Source: Spirochaetia bacterium (GTDB lineage Bacteria > Spirochaetota > Spirochaetia > CADAEX01). Taken from it: a DNA stretch of 64,000 nucleotides. Shown here piece after piece: positions 48,299 to 56,430 of this stretch. The notes below the pieces were generated by a model. The model saw nothing but the letters and a program-made list of their open reading frames with translations. It searched no databases and was not told the origin of the DNA. Position 1 is the stretch's first letter, and every line of letters starts with the position of its first letter. The translations under genes and the position numbers were made by a program. The stretch spans positions 2,720,001-2,784,000 of the forward strand of contig OY759746.1 in assembly GCA_963662795.1 (NCBI GenBank). Reading direction: 5' to 3'.

Positions 48299-50131
48299 TT
48301 ATCTCCCTAATCCTGAAGTTGCCTGTGCTCCAGTTAATTTTTCAATCACAAATTTAAATACAAGTATTAAAATTACTATCATAAGTACAACTCCGTTCGC
48401 GAGCTGCATATATCCGTAGTCGGTATAACGAAGTACCTGTGTCGTCATAAGCTCTGTTCCCGGTGTTGCAAGCATTATTACAAGGCTCTGTTCCTTCATT
48501 GCGGTAATAAACGGAAGCATGATTCCTCCAACAAGGCTGCCCTTCATAATTGGTACAACAATTCTTGTAATGCGTTTTCTCCACGGAGCACCGCAAACTT
48601 GAGCAGCTTCTTCCGGGTCGTTGCCCAGCTGCATCATCGCGGCAATACCGGATCTCGAAGCATAGGGCAGATACTTTACAGCCATAACAATAACAACAAG
48701 CATCATGGATCCATATAAAGCCGGAACAGGGCCTCTGCGTACTGCAAAAAGCGATATGTTTGCCGCTGCAAAGGCAATACTAGGAACAAGATAGGGCATG
48801 AATGAAATCTGTTTTAAAAATTTGCCGCTCAATGACTGCGATTTTTTAATTACAACATAACCGATGAAAATTCCGGCAAAACCTGAAAGGACTGCTGCTG
48901 CTCCGGCAGTTTTAAGACTGTTTACGACAGAGCCGAGTACATCGGGATTTCTAAGCAGTCCCATCTGTCCGGGCATTGCCGGAAGCGTGTCGCCGATCCA
49001 GTATGCGAGAGTCAGGTTCGCTTTTGTGATAACTCCGGGTATAATTGTAAGCGTTGACGTAACAAGGGTAAACAATGGTATGAAAATTGTTACACACAGA
49101 ATAATCAGGACAAAAGATACAAAAAAAGGCTTTTTTATCCCAAGGGGAGTCAGCCGCTGAATCGAGCCTTTAACACCGATAGTGACAAACCTCTTATTAT
49201 CCTTCAATAAGAAGCTGTCAAGGGAAATCAGCATAACTCCGACAAGAATCATGCAGATGGCTATGACTGCTGTTACTCCTGTTTCCCCTGAACGGAAAGC
49301 CGCATATAGACTTGTGGGCAGAATAGTGTATTTTACACCTGTTCCAAGTATATATGGAGTTCCGAAGGATCCGATGACCCGTGTGAATATGAGCAGAAAT
49401 GCGGAAAGAGTCGCTGGGAGCATAAGGGGAAGAATAATTCTTCTTGTAATGACAGACCTCGGCGCTCCGACTATTCTGGCGGATTCTTCCAGCTGAATAT
49501 CCATTGATTTCAGGCTGTTGGAAAAAAGGTTATAGGCAAACGGGAAAAGGTGGAAAGCCTCGCAGATTATTATCGGGAAGGCCCCGTATGCCAGCCAGTC
49601 GGGAGATGTAAATCCGAAAGACTCGAGAACTCCCGCGGATCCCCCCAGACGGCGGTTTTTGAAAATTGTAAGCCAGACTACCGCGAATGTCCAGGAAGGC
49701 ATTATATAGGGAAGCATCATAAGGGATGACATCCATTTCTTGCCGGGCAAATCTGTTTTGACCATAAACCACGCAAGAAGCCCGCCAAGCGGTATTGCAA
49801 TTATTGATACCATAATTGCGACAAAGAGGGTCCTCATCAGCGGTTTATAGAAATAGACCGAACTTACCCGCGAGTTGAATACTCTTTTATAAAATGCTCC
49901 GGTGATATCCCCGACATTGCCTCCGGATACGGAACTGTCTCTTACCCCGACGGTGAAGGAATTTATTACCATTGATCCGATAGGGGCAATAACCAGGTAG
50001 GCTAAAACTACAACCAAAATTACCATTATGACTGTTGTCGGGTCATTCATCCCGTTTTTGATTGTATTTTTAGCCCTGGTTATCTTTAAATTAATATTTT
50101 GCACTTGTGCATTACCTCCAGTACTAATCAT
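48299..50131 (-). CDS. FbpB-type ABC permease (two fused halves)
   Basis: Two EAA loops, EESARIVGA and EEAAQVCGA. Confidence 0.88.
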   Translation of the reverse strand: MISTGGNAQVQNINLKITRAKNTIKNGMNDPTTVIMVILVVVLAYLVIAPIGSMVINSFTVGVRDSSVSGGNVGDITGAFYKRVFNSRVSSVYFYKPLMRTLFVAIMVSIIAIPLGGLLAWFMVKTDLPGKKWMSSLMMLPYIMPSWTFAVVWLTIFKNRRLGGSAGVLESFGFTSPDWLAYGAFPIIICEAFHLFPFAYNLFSNSLKSMDIQLEESARIVGAPRSVITRRIILPLMLPATLSAFLLIFTRVIGSFGTPYILGTGVKYTILPTSLYAAFRSGETGVTAVIAICMILVGVMLISLDSFLLKDNKRFVTIGVKGSIQRLTPLGIKKPFFVSFVLIILCVTIFIPLFTLVTSTLTIIPGVITKANLTLAYWIGDTLPAMPGQMGLLRNPDVLGSVVNSLKTAGAAAVLSGFAGIFIGYVVIKKSQSLSGKFLKQISFMPYLVPSIAFAAANISLFAVRRGPVPALYGSMMLVVIVMAVKYLPYASRSGIAAMMQLGNDPEEAAQVCGAPWRKRITRIVVPIMKGSLVGGIMLPFITAMKEQSLVIMLATPGTELMTTQVLRYTDYGYMQLANGVVLMIVILILVFKFVIEKLTGAQATSGLGR

Positions 50132-50298
50132 TCTGCTGAAAAAGAATGCTGAATATTAATAGATTGTTCTCCCCGCTGATGCTGAATGCCGTTGAAGAAT
50201 AAACAATCAAGATCTTATATTTATAAATGAATTTTATAGTATACAAAACCGGCAGTATGGTTTTATTCGATACTGCCGGCAATAATTAAAAAATAAAA

Positions 50299-51474
50299 TT
50301 AATTTCTTGAAAGAAGCCAGAGATCGTTAACTTCCTGACTTAGTTCCATAAGTTTGTCGTCCTCAACAAATATCAGTTTAGGTTTCCATTCTGCCCATGT
50401 CCCTTCATTATCAGGATTGACAAATCCTGCCGGGTTTGGAGAATAGCCGCCCATATCTGTGAGCCACGGCTCAATACCCTCAGGGGTAAGGAGGAAACGG
50501 ATAAAAAGCTTTGCAGCGTTGGGATGGGGCGCGTTTTTGACTAGTGCTGTATAAGTCGCAAGGGCATATCCCATAAACGGCTTGAGTCCCTGGCAGGTTG
50601 CAAGACTAAGATTTTTAGTTTCATTATCCCTCATCTTGGTCAATGTAATCATTCCTACCGGAGGATCTTTCTGGCCCTTTGCGCCGATTGCTTCACTTAT
50701 GTCGTTGTCGGAACCCAGTGCCAGTACATCATTGGCGAAGAGTCTTGCAATAAATTCCCAGGCAGCGTTTTCTTCTTTCAATTTAAGTTTTTTACCGTAA
50801 AAATCCTGATATGATTTTTCAAGCACTTCAGGGTTTAAGGCAAGCTGCGCGAAAAAAGCCCTTGTCGCCGGGTTTATAGCAAGGTCCGGAAGGATAACCT
50901 TGCCTTTCCATTTAGGTTCAGTCAGTTCCCATACATTTTTTACGGGTGATCCGTTGGGATAGGTCTCACTGTTATATGCAAAGATCCTCGGCTGCCAGCG
51001 GTGCGCGAGCGGATAAAGATCATCAGCGGAAAGAACACTTACCATGTCTTTGGGTATCCAGTTGATTAAATATCCTTTCGGCAGCAGTGTTGTTACAAGA
51101 AGCGGCCCGTCTTCAGGCGCAACAACATCAACCTGTACATTCCCGGCATCTACTTCACGTATTACACGTTCAGCCTGTTCTCCGGTCTTCATTTTTGTCC
51201 CTTTGACCTTGATACCGTACATTTTTTCAAAGTTTGCAGCGGCTTCCTTTACACGGCTTGATGTCATGTATACAACTAATTCTCCCTCTGCCTGTGCTGC
51301 TTTTACCAGCGCATCAAGATTGACATCCTCAATTACCATACCGGGTTTCTCTGCAGCAGGCGCTGCTGCAGGTTTAGCTGCTTCTTTGCCTCCTCCGCTG
51401 AAAGCAGAAGTTACTGTAAGAAATATCAATATAATCATGCAAATTGATAACTTACGTGCATCCATTTTTAACAT
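50299..51474 (-). CDS. ABC substrate-binding protein (AfuA/FbpA-like family)
   Basis: Signal peptide AFSGGGKE; AAQAEGELVVY and APHPNAAKLF motifs. Confidence 0.82.
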   Translation of the reverse strand: MLKMDARKLSICMIILIFLTVTSAFSGGGKEAAKPAAAPAAEKPGMVIEDVNLDALVKAAQAEGELVVYMTSSRVKEAAANFEKMYGIKVKGTKMKTGEQAERVIREVDAGNVQVDVVAPEDGPLLVTTLLPKGYLINWIPKDMVSVLSADDLYPLAHRWQPRIFAYNSETYPNGSPVKNVWELTEPKWKGKVILPDLAINPATRAFFAQLALNPEVLEKSYQDFYGKKLKLKEENAAWEFIARLFANDVLALGSDNDISEAIGAKGQKDPPVGMITLTKMRDNETKNLSLATCQGLKPFMGYALATYTALVKNAPHPNAAKLFIRFLLTPEGIEPWLTDMGGYSPNPAGFVNPDNEGTWAEWKPKLIFVEDDKLMELSQEVNDLWLLSRN

Positions 51475-51644
51475 TATTTCCCTCCAGATCGGTTTATTAG
51501 TATTAAATGGAATTATATTACAGTCTTGCAGAAAAGTAAACAATTATTGCAAAAAACATAGTAAATGAAAAAATCATTACATTTATAAGAATGTTGATTA
51601 GGGTTTTAATATTTTAAGGCATACAGACTATTGAAATTTTAAAA

Positions 51645-51780
51645 TTAAAACCACCGGGCAGCCCGGACATATCTAAAGATACTGTTTGCCCCATCTCCAT
51701 TCTGTTTTGCATCTCCGGTATACTCGTATTGATCCGGAGCACCCCAATTCCAGAACATATACACAGTCTTATATGTGTTT
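51645..51780 (-). pseudogene. C-terminal remnant resembling a DUF1566/Lcl-type surface protein
   Basis: Ends ...IFRYVRAARWF*, similar to the DUF1566 YVR.VR.F terminus; no N-terminus or signal peptide. Confidence 0.4.
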
Positions 51781-51839
51781 ATAATTCTTACTTTCGGCCA
51801 CTTGAAAAAGTAATAAGTATAACCGGAGAAGATATTTAT

Positions 51840-52070
51840 CATGGCAATTTTGATTCTGTTCCCGTGAAGTGATATGTTTATTATTATTCTTCCGGAAAGA
51901 TAACTATTGGCGGGAGATATGAAGATGGAAGTGAAACTTATATCTATGATGATGTTACACTTTTTGCCGGCTGGAACAGGATGATTTCTGAAACATCTGA
52001 TAGAAGCACTTTTACATATTCCGGCGGAACAATTTCAGATCCGAAATGGACGGTAATGCCAGAGGAGTGA
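51840..52070 (+). pseudogene. C-terminal remnant of a surface protein/lipoprotein
   Basis: YVYYYSSGKITIGG...DVTLFAGWN...PKWTVMPEE*, with an in-frame TGA at 51870 and no start; followed by a GC-rich hairpin. Confidence 0.5.
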
Positions 52071-52121
52071 TTATTCACTTTATATGTAATAAAATTTCCC
52101 CGGGGCAAAGGCGGGGTTTTT

Positions 52122-52219
52122 TTATTCCACCGGCTCGAATTTGTACTTCTGCCCGCCGATCGAAGCCTGGTACATCAGGCCTCCCTTTGCCATCGTGAAA
52201 ACAGCCATTCCCTTGTAGT
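52122..52219 (-). repeat. Orphan copy of the last 98 bp of the Ysc84/SYLF gene (direct repeat of 53202-53299)
   Basis: 93/98 identical; mismatches at 52140, 52179, 52182, 52185 and 52209. Confidence 0.95.
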
Positions 52220-52447
52220 GCCGGTGTTTAGGATATTTCTACCCTGAAACGCTAAAAAACCTGAAAAAATGCAGATTGCCTTTAATGACTCAGCCATTAT
52301 CTGAAAATACCATAAAAAAGCATATATATAAATAAATAGTCTCATTTTGCATTTTGGGACGACTGATCGGTCAGGCGGGTTTATTCTTACTGTGGCTTCA
52401 TTTTTTCCCGAAGCCGTATCACAATATCAAAAGGAGATTGTTTTGCC

Positions 52448-53164
52448 ATGAAAAAGCCGGAATTGGTTATAATTGCCGCGGCAGTTGCCGCTTTTATCTT
52501 ATTTGCTGCGTGCGACAGCTCAGGAGGCGGAGGTTCCGTTACAGAAGATGATCTTCAGGGAATATGGGTCGCTGTCGGGGAAGATGAGGGGACAGCCAAG
52601 GCCATGCTTTTTGACATCTCAGGCAATGAATTTACAAGAATTGCGTATACAGAAACAATATATCCGGATATGGTTCAGGAAGAAGGTTCAAAAGGGACTT
52701 TCTCCATATCCGGAGATACAATGAAGGTTACAGTGGCGGAAGAATGGGTTGATTACGAAAATGGTTGGGCCTCCGATCCTGATAACTTTGATATTCCCAT
52801 TTCCATGAGCGGCGATACTTTTACAATAAATATAGATGATCAGGATGTCACCTTTTACAAGAAATCATTTTCAAATCCGGCGGGATTTGAGGATAGATGG
52901 TACTTAAATGCCGATGACAGCATATATATGGATCTTGCAGGAAATGGTAATTACTCATACGTAGACACAGATGCAAGTTATAACTCCTCAGGTACCTGGT
53001 CCGCAACTTCAGACATGTTCCGCATAATTGAAACATATGGCAGTGATTATGGAGAAGATTATTATTATGAAAAACTTTATTATTATGAGCTGGATGGTTC
53101 GAATCTGAAATTCTCCTGGGATGAAACTGAAATGTATAATTTTTCAAATGTAACCATAGGATAG
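52448..53164 (+). CDS. Acidic lipoprotein with two lipocalin-like beta repeats
   Basis: FAAC lipobox and Gly/Ser linker; LQGIW / FEDRW and GTFSISGD / GTWSATSD repeats; AAGGAG SD. Confidence 0.8.
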   Translation: MKKPELVIIAAAVAAFILFAACDSSGGGGSVTEDDLQGIWVAVGEDEGTAKAMLFDISGNEFTRIAYTETIYPDMVQEEGSKGTFSISGDTMKVTVAEEWVDYENGWASDPDNFDIPISMSGDTFTINIDDQDVTFYKKSFSNPAGFEDRWYLNADDSIYMDLAGNGNYSYVDTDASYNSSGTWSATSDMFRIIETYGSDYGEDYYYEKLYYYELDGSNLKFSWDETEMYNFSNVTIG

Positions 53165-53175
53165 TATTATCTCAT

Positions 53176-53200
53176 AAAACCCGGTACACTCTGCCGGGTC
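53176..53200. terminator. Hairpin between the convergent lipoprotein and ysc84-like genes
   Basis: ACCCGG(T)A...TGCCGGGT stem. Confidence 0.55.
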
Positions 53201-53201
53201 T

Positions 53202-53768
53202 TTATTCCACCGGCTCGAACTTGTACTTCTGCCCGCCGATCGAAGCCTGGTACATCAGCCCGCCTTTTGCCATCGTGAAAACAGCCATCCCCTTGTAGTA
53301 TTCGGTTTCTGCCTGTTTTTTGTCAGTGTTTGCTGTTTTTCCTTCGGAACCTATGCTTGCCCCGGCCCCGACAGTAATGGCGACTGCCTCGGCTTGGGCG
53401 CCGAACTCGAAATTCCCGGCTGTGAACTCATCATACGCTTTTTTGTTCTCAAAAAAAATTACCTGGCTGTATGCCTGCCCTCCAGCCTGAAAACCAATGC
53501 TAAGTTGAGTCATGCTCACTTCGCCTGTCATTATACCGTTCCTGTAAACGCGCCCCTTGCCGTGCGCTCCGCCAATACCCAGGCCGCCTTTTCCGATGGT
53601 CGGAAAAACAGCGTACCCGTATGATGAATCGTTGAATTTTCTTACTATGTCTGATTTAAGGAATTCCTTCATTGTTTCCCTGTCGGCAGACTCGTCAGAT
53701 TCGGCAAACAGGGGAATTACCGCGAGAATCGCGCATGCCAGAAAAATTATGATTAATCTTGATTTCAT
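53202..53768 (-). CDS. Secreted Ysc84/SYLF lipid-binding domain protein
   Basis: Signal peptide; GYAVFP.IGKGGLGIGG..G.G, SIGFQAGGQ and GLMYQASIGGQK motifs. Confidence 0.88.
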   Translation of the reverse strand: MKSRLIIIFLACAILAVIPLFAESDESADRETMKEFLKSDIVRKFNDSSYGYAVFPTIGKGGLGIGGAHGKGRVYRNGIMTGEVSMTQLSIGFQAGGQAYSQVIFFENKKAYDEFTAGNFEFGAQAEAVAITVGAGASIGSEGKTANTDKKQAETEYYKGMAVFTMAKGGLMYQASIGGQKYKFEPVE

Positions 53769-54104
53769 CTCGTTGTCTCCTGAAACCATATTACACAGTG
53801 ATTCCAAAATTATCAATGTAAATGATGTTGTATCAAAAGTGTGGATTTAGAATCTTTGGTGTTGAACTTGATTACTTTAGGAAAAATCACAATTTAGTAA
53901 GATGTAGGGGAGTGAATCCTGCGGTCTTTGATGTATCAAGATAATAATTTTTTTCGATATTTATTTCTCCTGCCATCATTCCTGCTGCTGTACTATGCTT
54001 TATTATGCTGTATGTTTAATATGGAATTTCTAGCAAAGGTGGTCGTTTATGGCAGTTGCAAACAGAGTATTGAATCAAGACGGCAAAGTAAAAGTACCAT
54101 ATAA

Positions 54105-55161
54105 ATGAAGGTTATCGGTACAGAAACAGATGAAGCTACTTTTACAGACAGCCAGGGGAATGAAACAACCGTAACAGTCAACTCAAGCCGTGTATTTAAT
54201 TCCGATTACCTTTATGTCAATTACAGTTATGAGGGAGACACGTTTTATACGGTTGTAAATCGTGATACTGGAGTTATAAGGGAGATTAAAGAGCCGAACA
54301 CTTGAAGATAGGTTGAGAGAAAGAGAAGGGTATCTGTATTATGTTTCTGACAATATCCTCAATAAAATGGAACTTTCAAGTTTAGCCTGTACAGCCCGGA
54401 GTGCAGCAGATGACGGGATCAATGCAAGCTCCTTTGTATTTGTTTCCCCTACAACAGATAATGTGTTTACATTCGCTCAAAATAATATCCGCTGTTATTA
54501 TTCAGGTGGGACAACCTACAAAGACAATTCTCTTGAGTCAAGCTGTCTGCTGTTTTATCTCACCCTTATGGGTGATTATCCGGGAAAGGAAATTGTTGAG
54601 GACATGGACATGGCAGAGATTTATTATGTCATGTTTGAGGGTGACGGGATTTCCGCTTATAGAATGGAGTTTGACCAATCGGGGTATATCGGGATTATAA
54701 GGCCATGGGATTAATTCTCTATTTCAGGTACAGCGGTCGGCGCTGTTGAAAGACTTGGAGGAAAGACAGCATATTTTGACAACAGCCTCTTTACCCGGAA
54801 TGAATCGTCAAATCAGCTAATCAGGTTAACCTATAGCAGCACGGAAAACATATCTGCGTCCATTTATCAGCTTGCCGCGGAAACATCGAGTTATGCAAAT
54901 CCGAAAGAAGGTGTTTACGATATCGCAGGTAAAAAACTGATATTATATTATTATACAACAACAGGCAGTTATAAAGTAGTCGATACCGATCCAGCGGTTA
55001 CAAGTGTCCTTGTTTCAACGCCGAAAGTAATTACTTGCAGTATTGCAGGTGACAATTTTTTCTATTGTGCCGACTCTGAGATGTATAAATACAGCTTTGA
55101 CACTGATACAAGCGAATTATACAAGCCGGAAGCGGTTGAGATAGAGGGGGTTATAGAATGA
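54105..55161 (+). pseudogene. Fragmented gene of a probable surface beta-propeller-like protein
   Basis: Fragments 54105-54305 and 54313-54714 are in different frames. An in-frame TAA at 54712 is followed by an open frame to TGA at 55159-61. The 5' end is missing. Confidence 0.65.
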
Positions 55162-55185
55162 ATGGGGATAATGGACATTTAAAAA

Positions 55186-55207
55186 GGGTGTCATTTTGGG
55201 TGTCATT
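55186..55207. repeat. GGGTGTCATT direct repeat (period 12), candidate integrase arm-type sites
   Basis: Two exact 10-mers about 75 bp beyond the tRNA 3' end. Confidence 0.5.
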
Positions 55208-55279
55208 GGCATTTATTGCTATGACATATAACTTAAGGGAAGTTGCATAAATTGTTATCCCGTAACGATTTATTTAATA

Positions 55280-55351
55280 AGCGCCCGATGAGAATCGAAC
55301 TCACATCATAAGCTTGGAAGGCTTAGGTAATAGCCATTATACGACAGGCGC
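55280..55351 (-). tRNA. tRNA-Gly (TCC)
   Basis: Reverse complement GCGCCTGTCGTATAATGGCTATTACCTAAGCCTTCCAAGCTTATGATGTGAGTTCGATTCTCATCGGGCGCT folds into a cloverleaf with anticodon TCC; CCA is not encoded. Confidence 0.93.
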
Positions 55352-55478
55352 ATCTGGATGATCACATCCTTGAACAAAATATAATGAGAAATCGCTTTGA
55401 TTGTCAATAGTTTTTACTTGAATAAATAGTATCGATACGTTAAATTGCACCTATCTAACCCCCCGGGAGTAACAGGAC

Positions 55479-55712
55479 ATGGGAATACGCGGTGAAGTTT
55501 TTTCATCAAAACTGAATACTGAAAAAAGAACTTATTTCTTCAATATCAAGGAAAACAGAAAGGGCGATCATTTTCTCAATCTTGTGGAAAGCGCCAAACA
55601 CGGGGAAGAGGGCTTCGAAAGACGCTCCATCATTGTCTATGAAGAAGATCTTGATGATTTTGTAAAGGAATTTACACGCGCTATCGATTTCATGAAAAAA
55701 AACAGATCATGA
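55479..55712 (+). CDS. PUR-domain (DUF3276/BpuR-like) nucleic-acid-binding protein
   Basis: RTYFFNIKEN..GD.FLNLVES and R.SI.VYEED motifs. Confidence 0.85.
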   Translation: MGIRGEVFSSKLNTEKRTYFFNIKENRKGDHFLNLVESAKHGEEGFERRSIIVYEEDLDDFVKEFTRAIDFMKKNRS

Positions 55713-56264
55713 AGAGGTATATTTAAAACTCATCCTGTGAATGGGGCAGGGGCCGATTTTTTCAAGTATCTGCCTGTGAAGCAGAGTCGGATAGCCCTTG
55801 TGCTTCTCAAACATATAATCCCTTTCTATCCATGAATATCTTATCATCCAGCGGTCTCTCGCGTTTTTAGCGATTATTGACGCGGCTTTTATCTCATCAA
55901 TCCTGTCATCGCCTTTGACTATGGCTTCCCGTCTGCAGCTGATATCAGGGGTAAAAAGTCCGTCAACCAGCACAATATCCGCCCCGCTCTGTTCCGGAAG
56001 TTCTTCATAGGCCCTCTTCATCGCAAGAAGTGTCGCGTGGTGGATATTGATCCTGTCAATTTCTTCAGGCCAGGCCCACCCGATTGAGTAAAAGCAGTCT
56101 TTTATCAGCATTGCGCATATTCTGCTTCTCGCCGCGGGGGTGAGTTTTTTTGAGTCTTTGAGTATTTCCCGCGGAAAGTCATCCGAAAGTATTACAGCCG
56201 CGGCAGTTACAGGGCCAGCAAGAGGACCTCTTCCCGCCTCATCTATTCCGCAGATCACAGACAT
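55707..56264 (-). CDS. rnhB: Ribonuclease HII
   Basis: GIDEAGRGPLAGPV, DSKKL, KGD, AASIIAK, HKGYPT and HR.SF motifs. Confidence 0.95.
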   Translation of the reverse strand: MSVICGIDEAGRGPLAGPVTAAAVILSDDFPREILKDSKKLTPAARSRICAMLIKDCFYSIGWAWPEEIDRINIHHATLLAMKRAYEELPEQSGADIVLVDGLFTPDISCRREAIVKGDDRIDEIKAASIIAKNARDRWMIRYSWIERDYMFEKHKGYPTLLHRQILEKIGPCPIHRMSFKYTSS

Positions 56265-56430
56265 TCAGCAATTATCTCCCTATTAGCTTTTTTATTACGG
56301 GATCAAAAAAAGAACAAATTGATCCGGGGTAAGTATAAAATCACTTACCAATCAGGTCAATTATGCTATACTAAGGCAGATTATCCATGTATGGTATTCG
56401 CAAATTCTAAAAAATAATTCAGGTGGCCTT

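Noticed and set aside
52122-53299. ysc84 repeat pair as a DGR TR/VR pair
   Set aside because: The mismatches are not adenine-specific in one copy (they include G/C changes and go in both directions) and all are synonymous.
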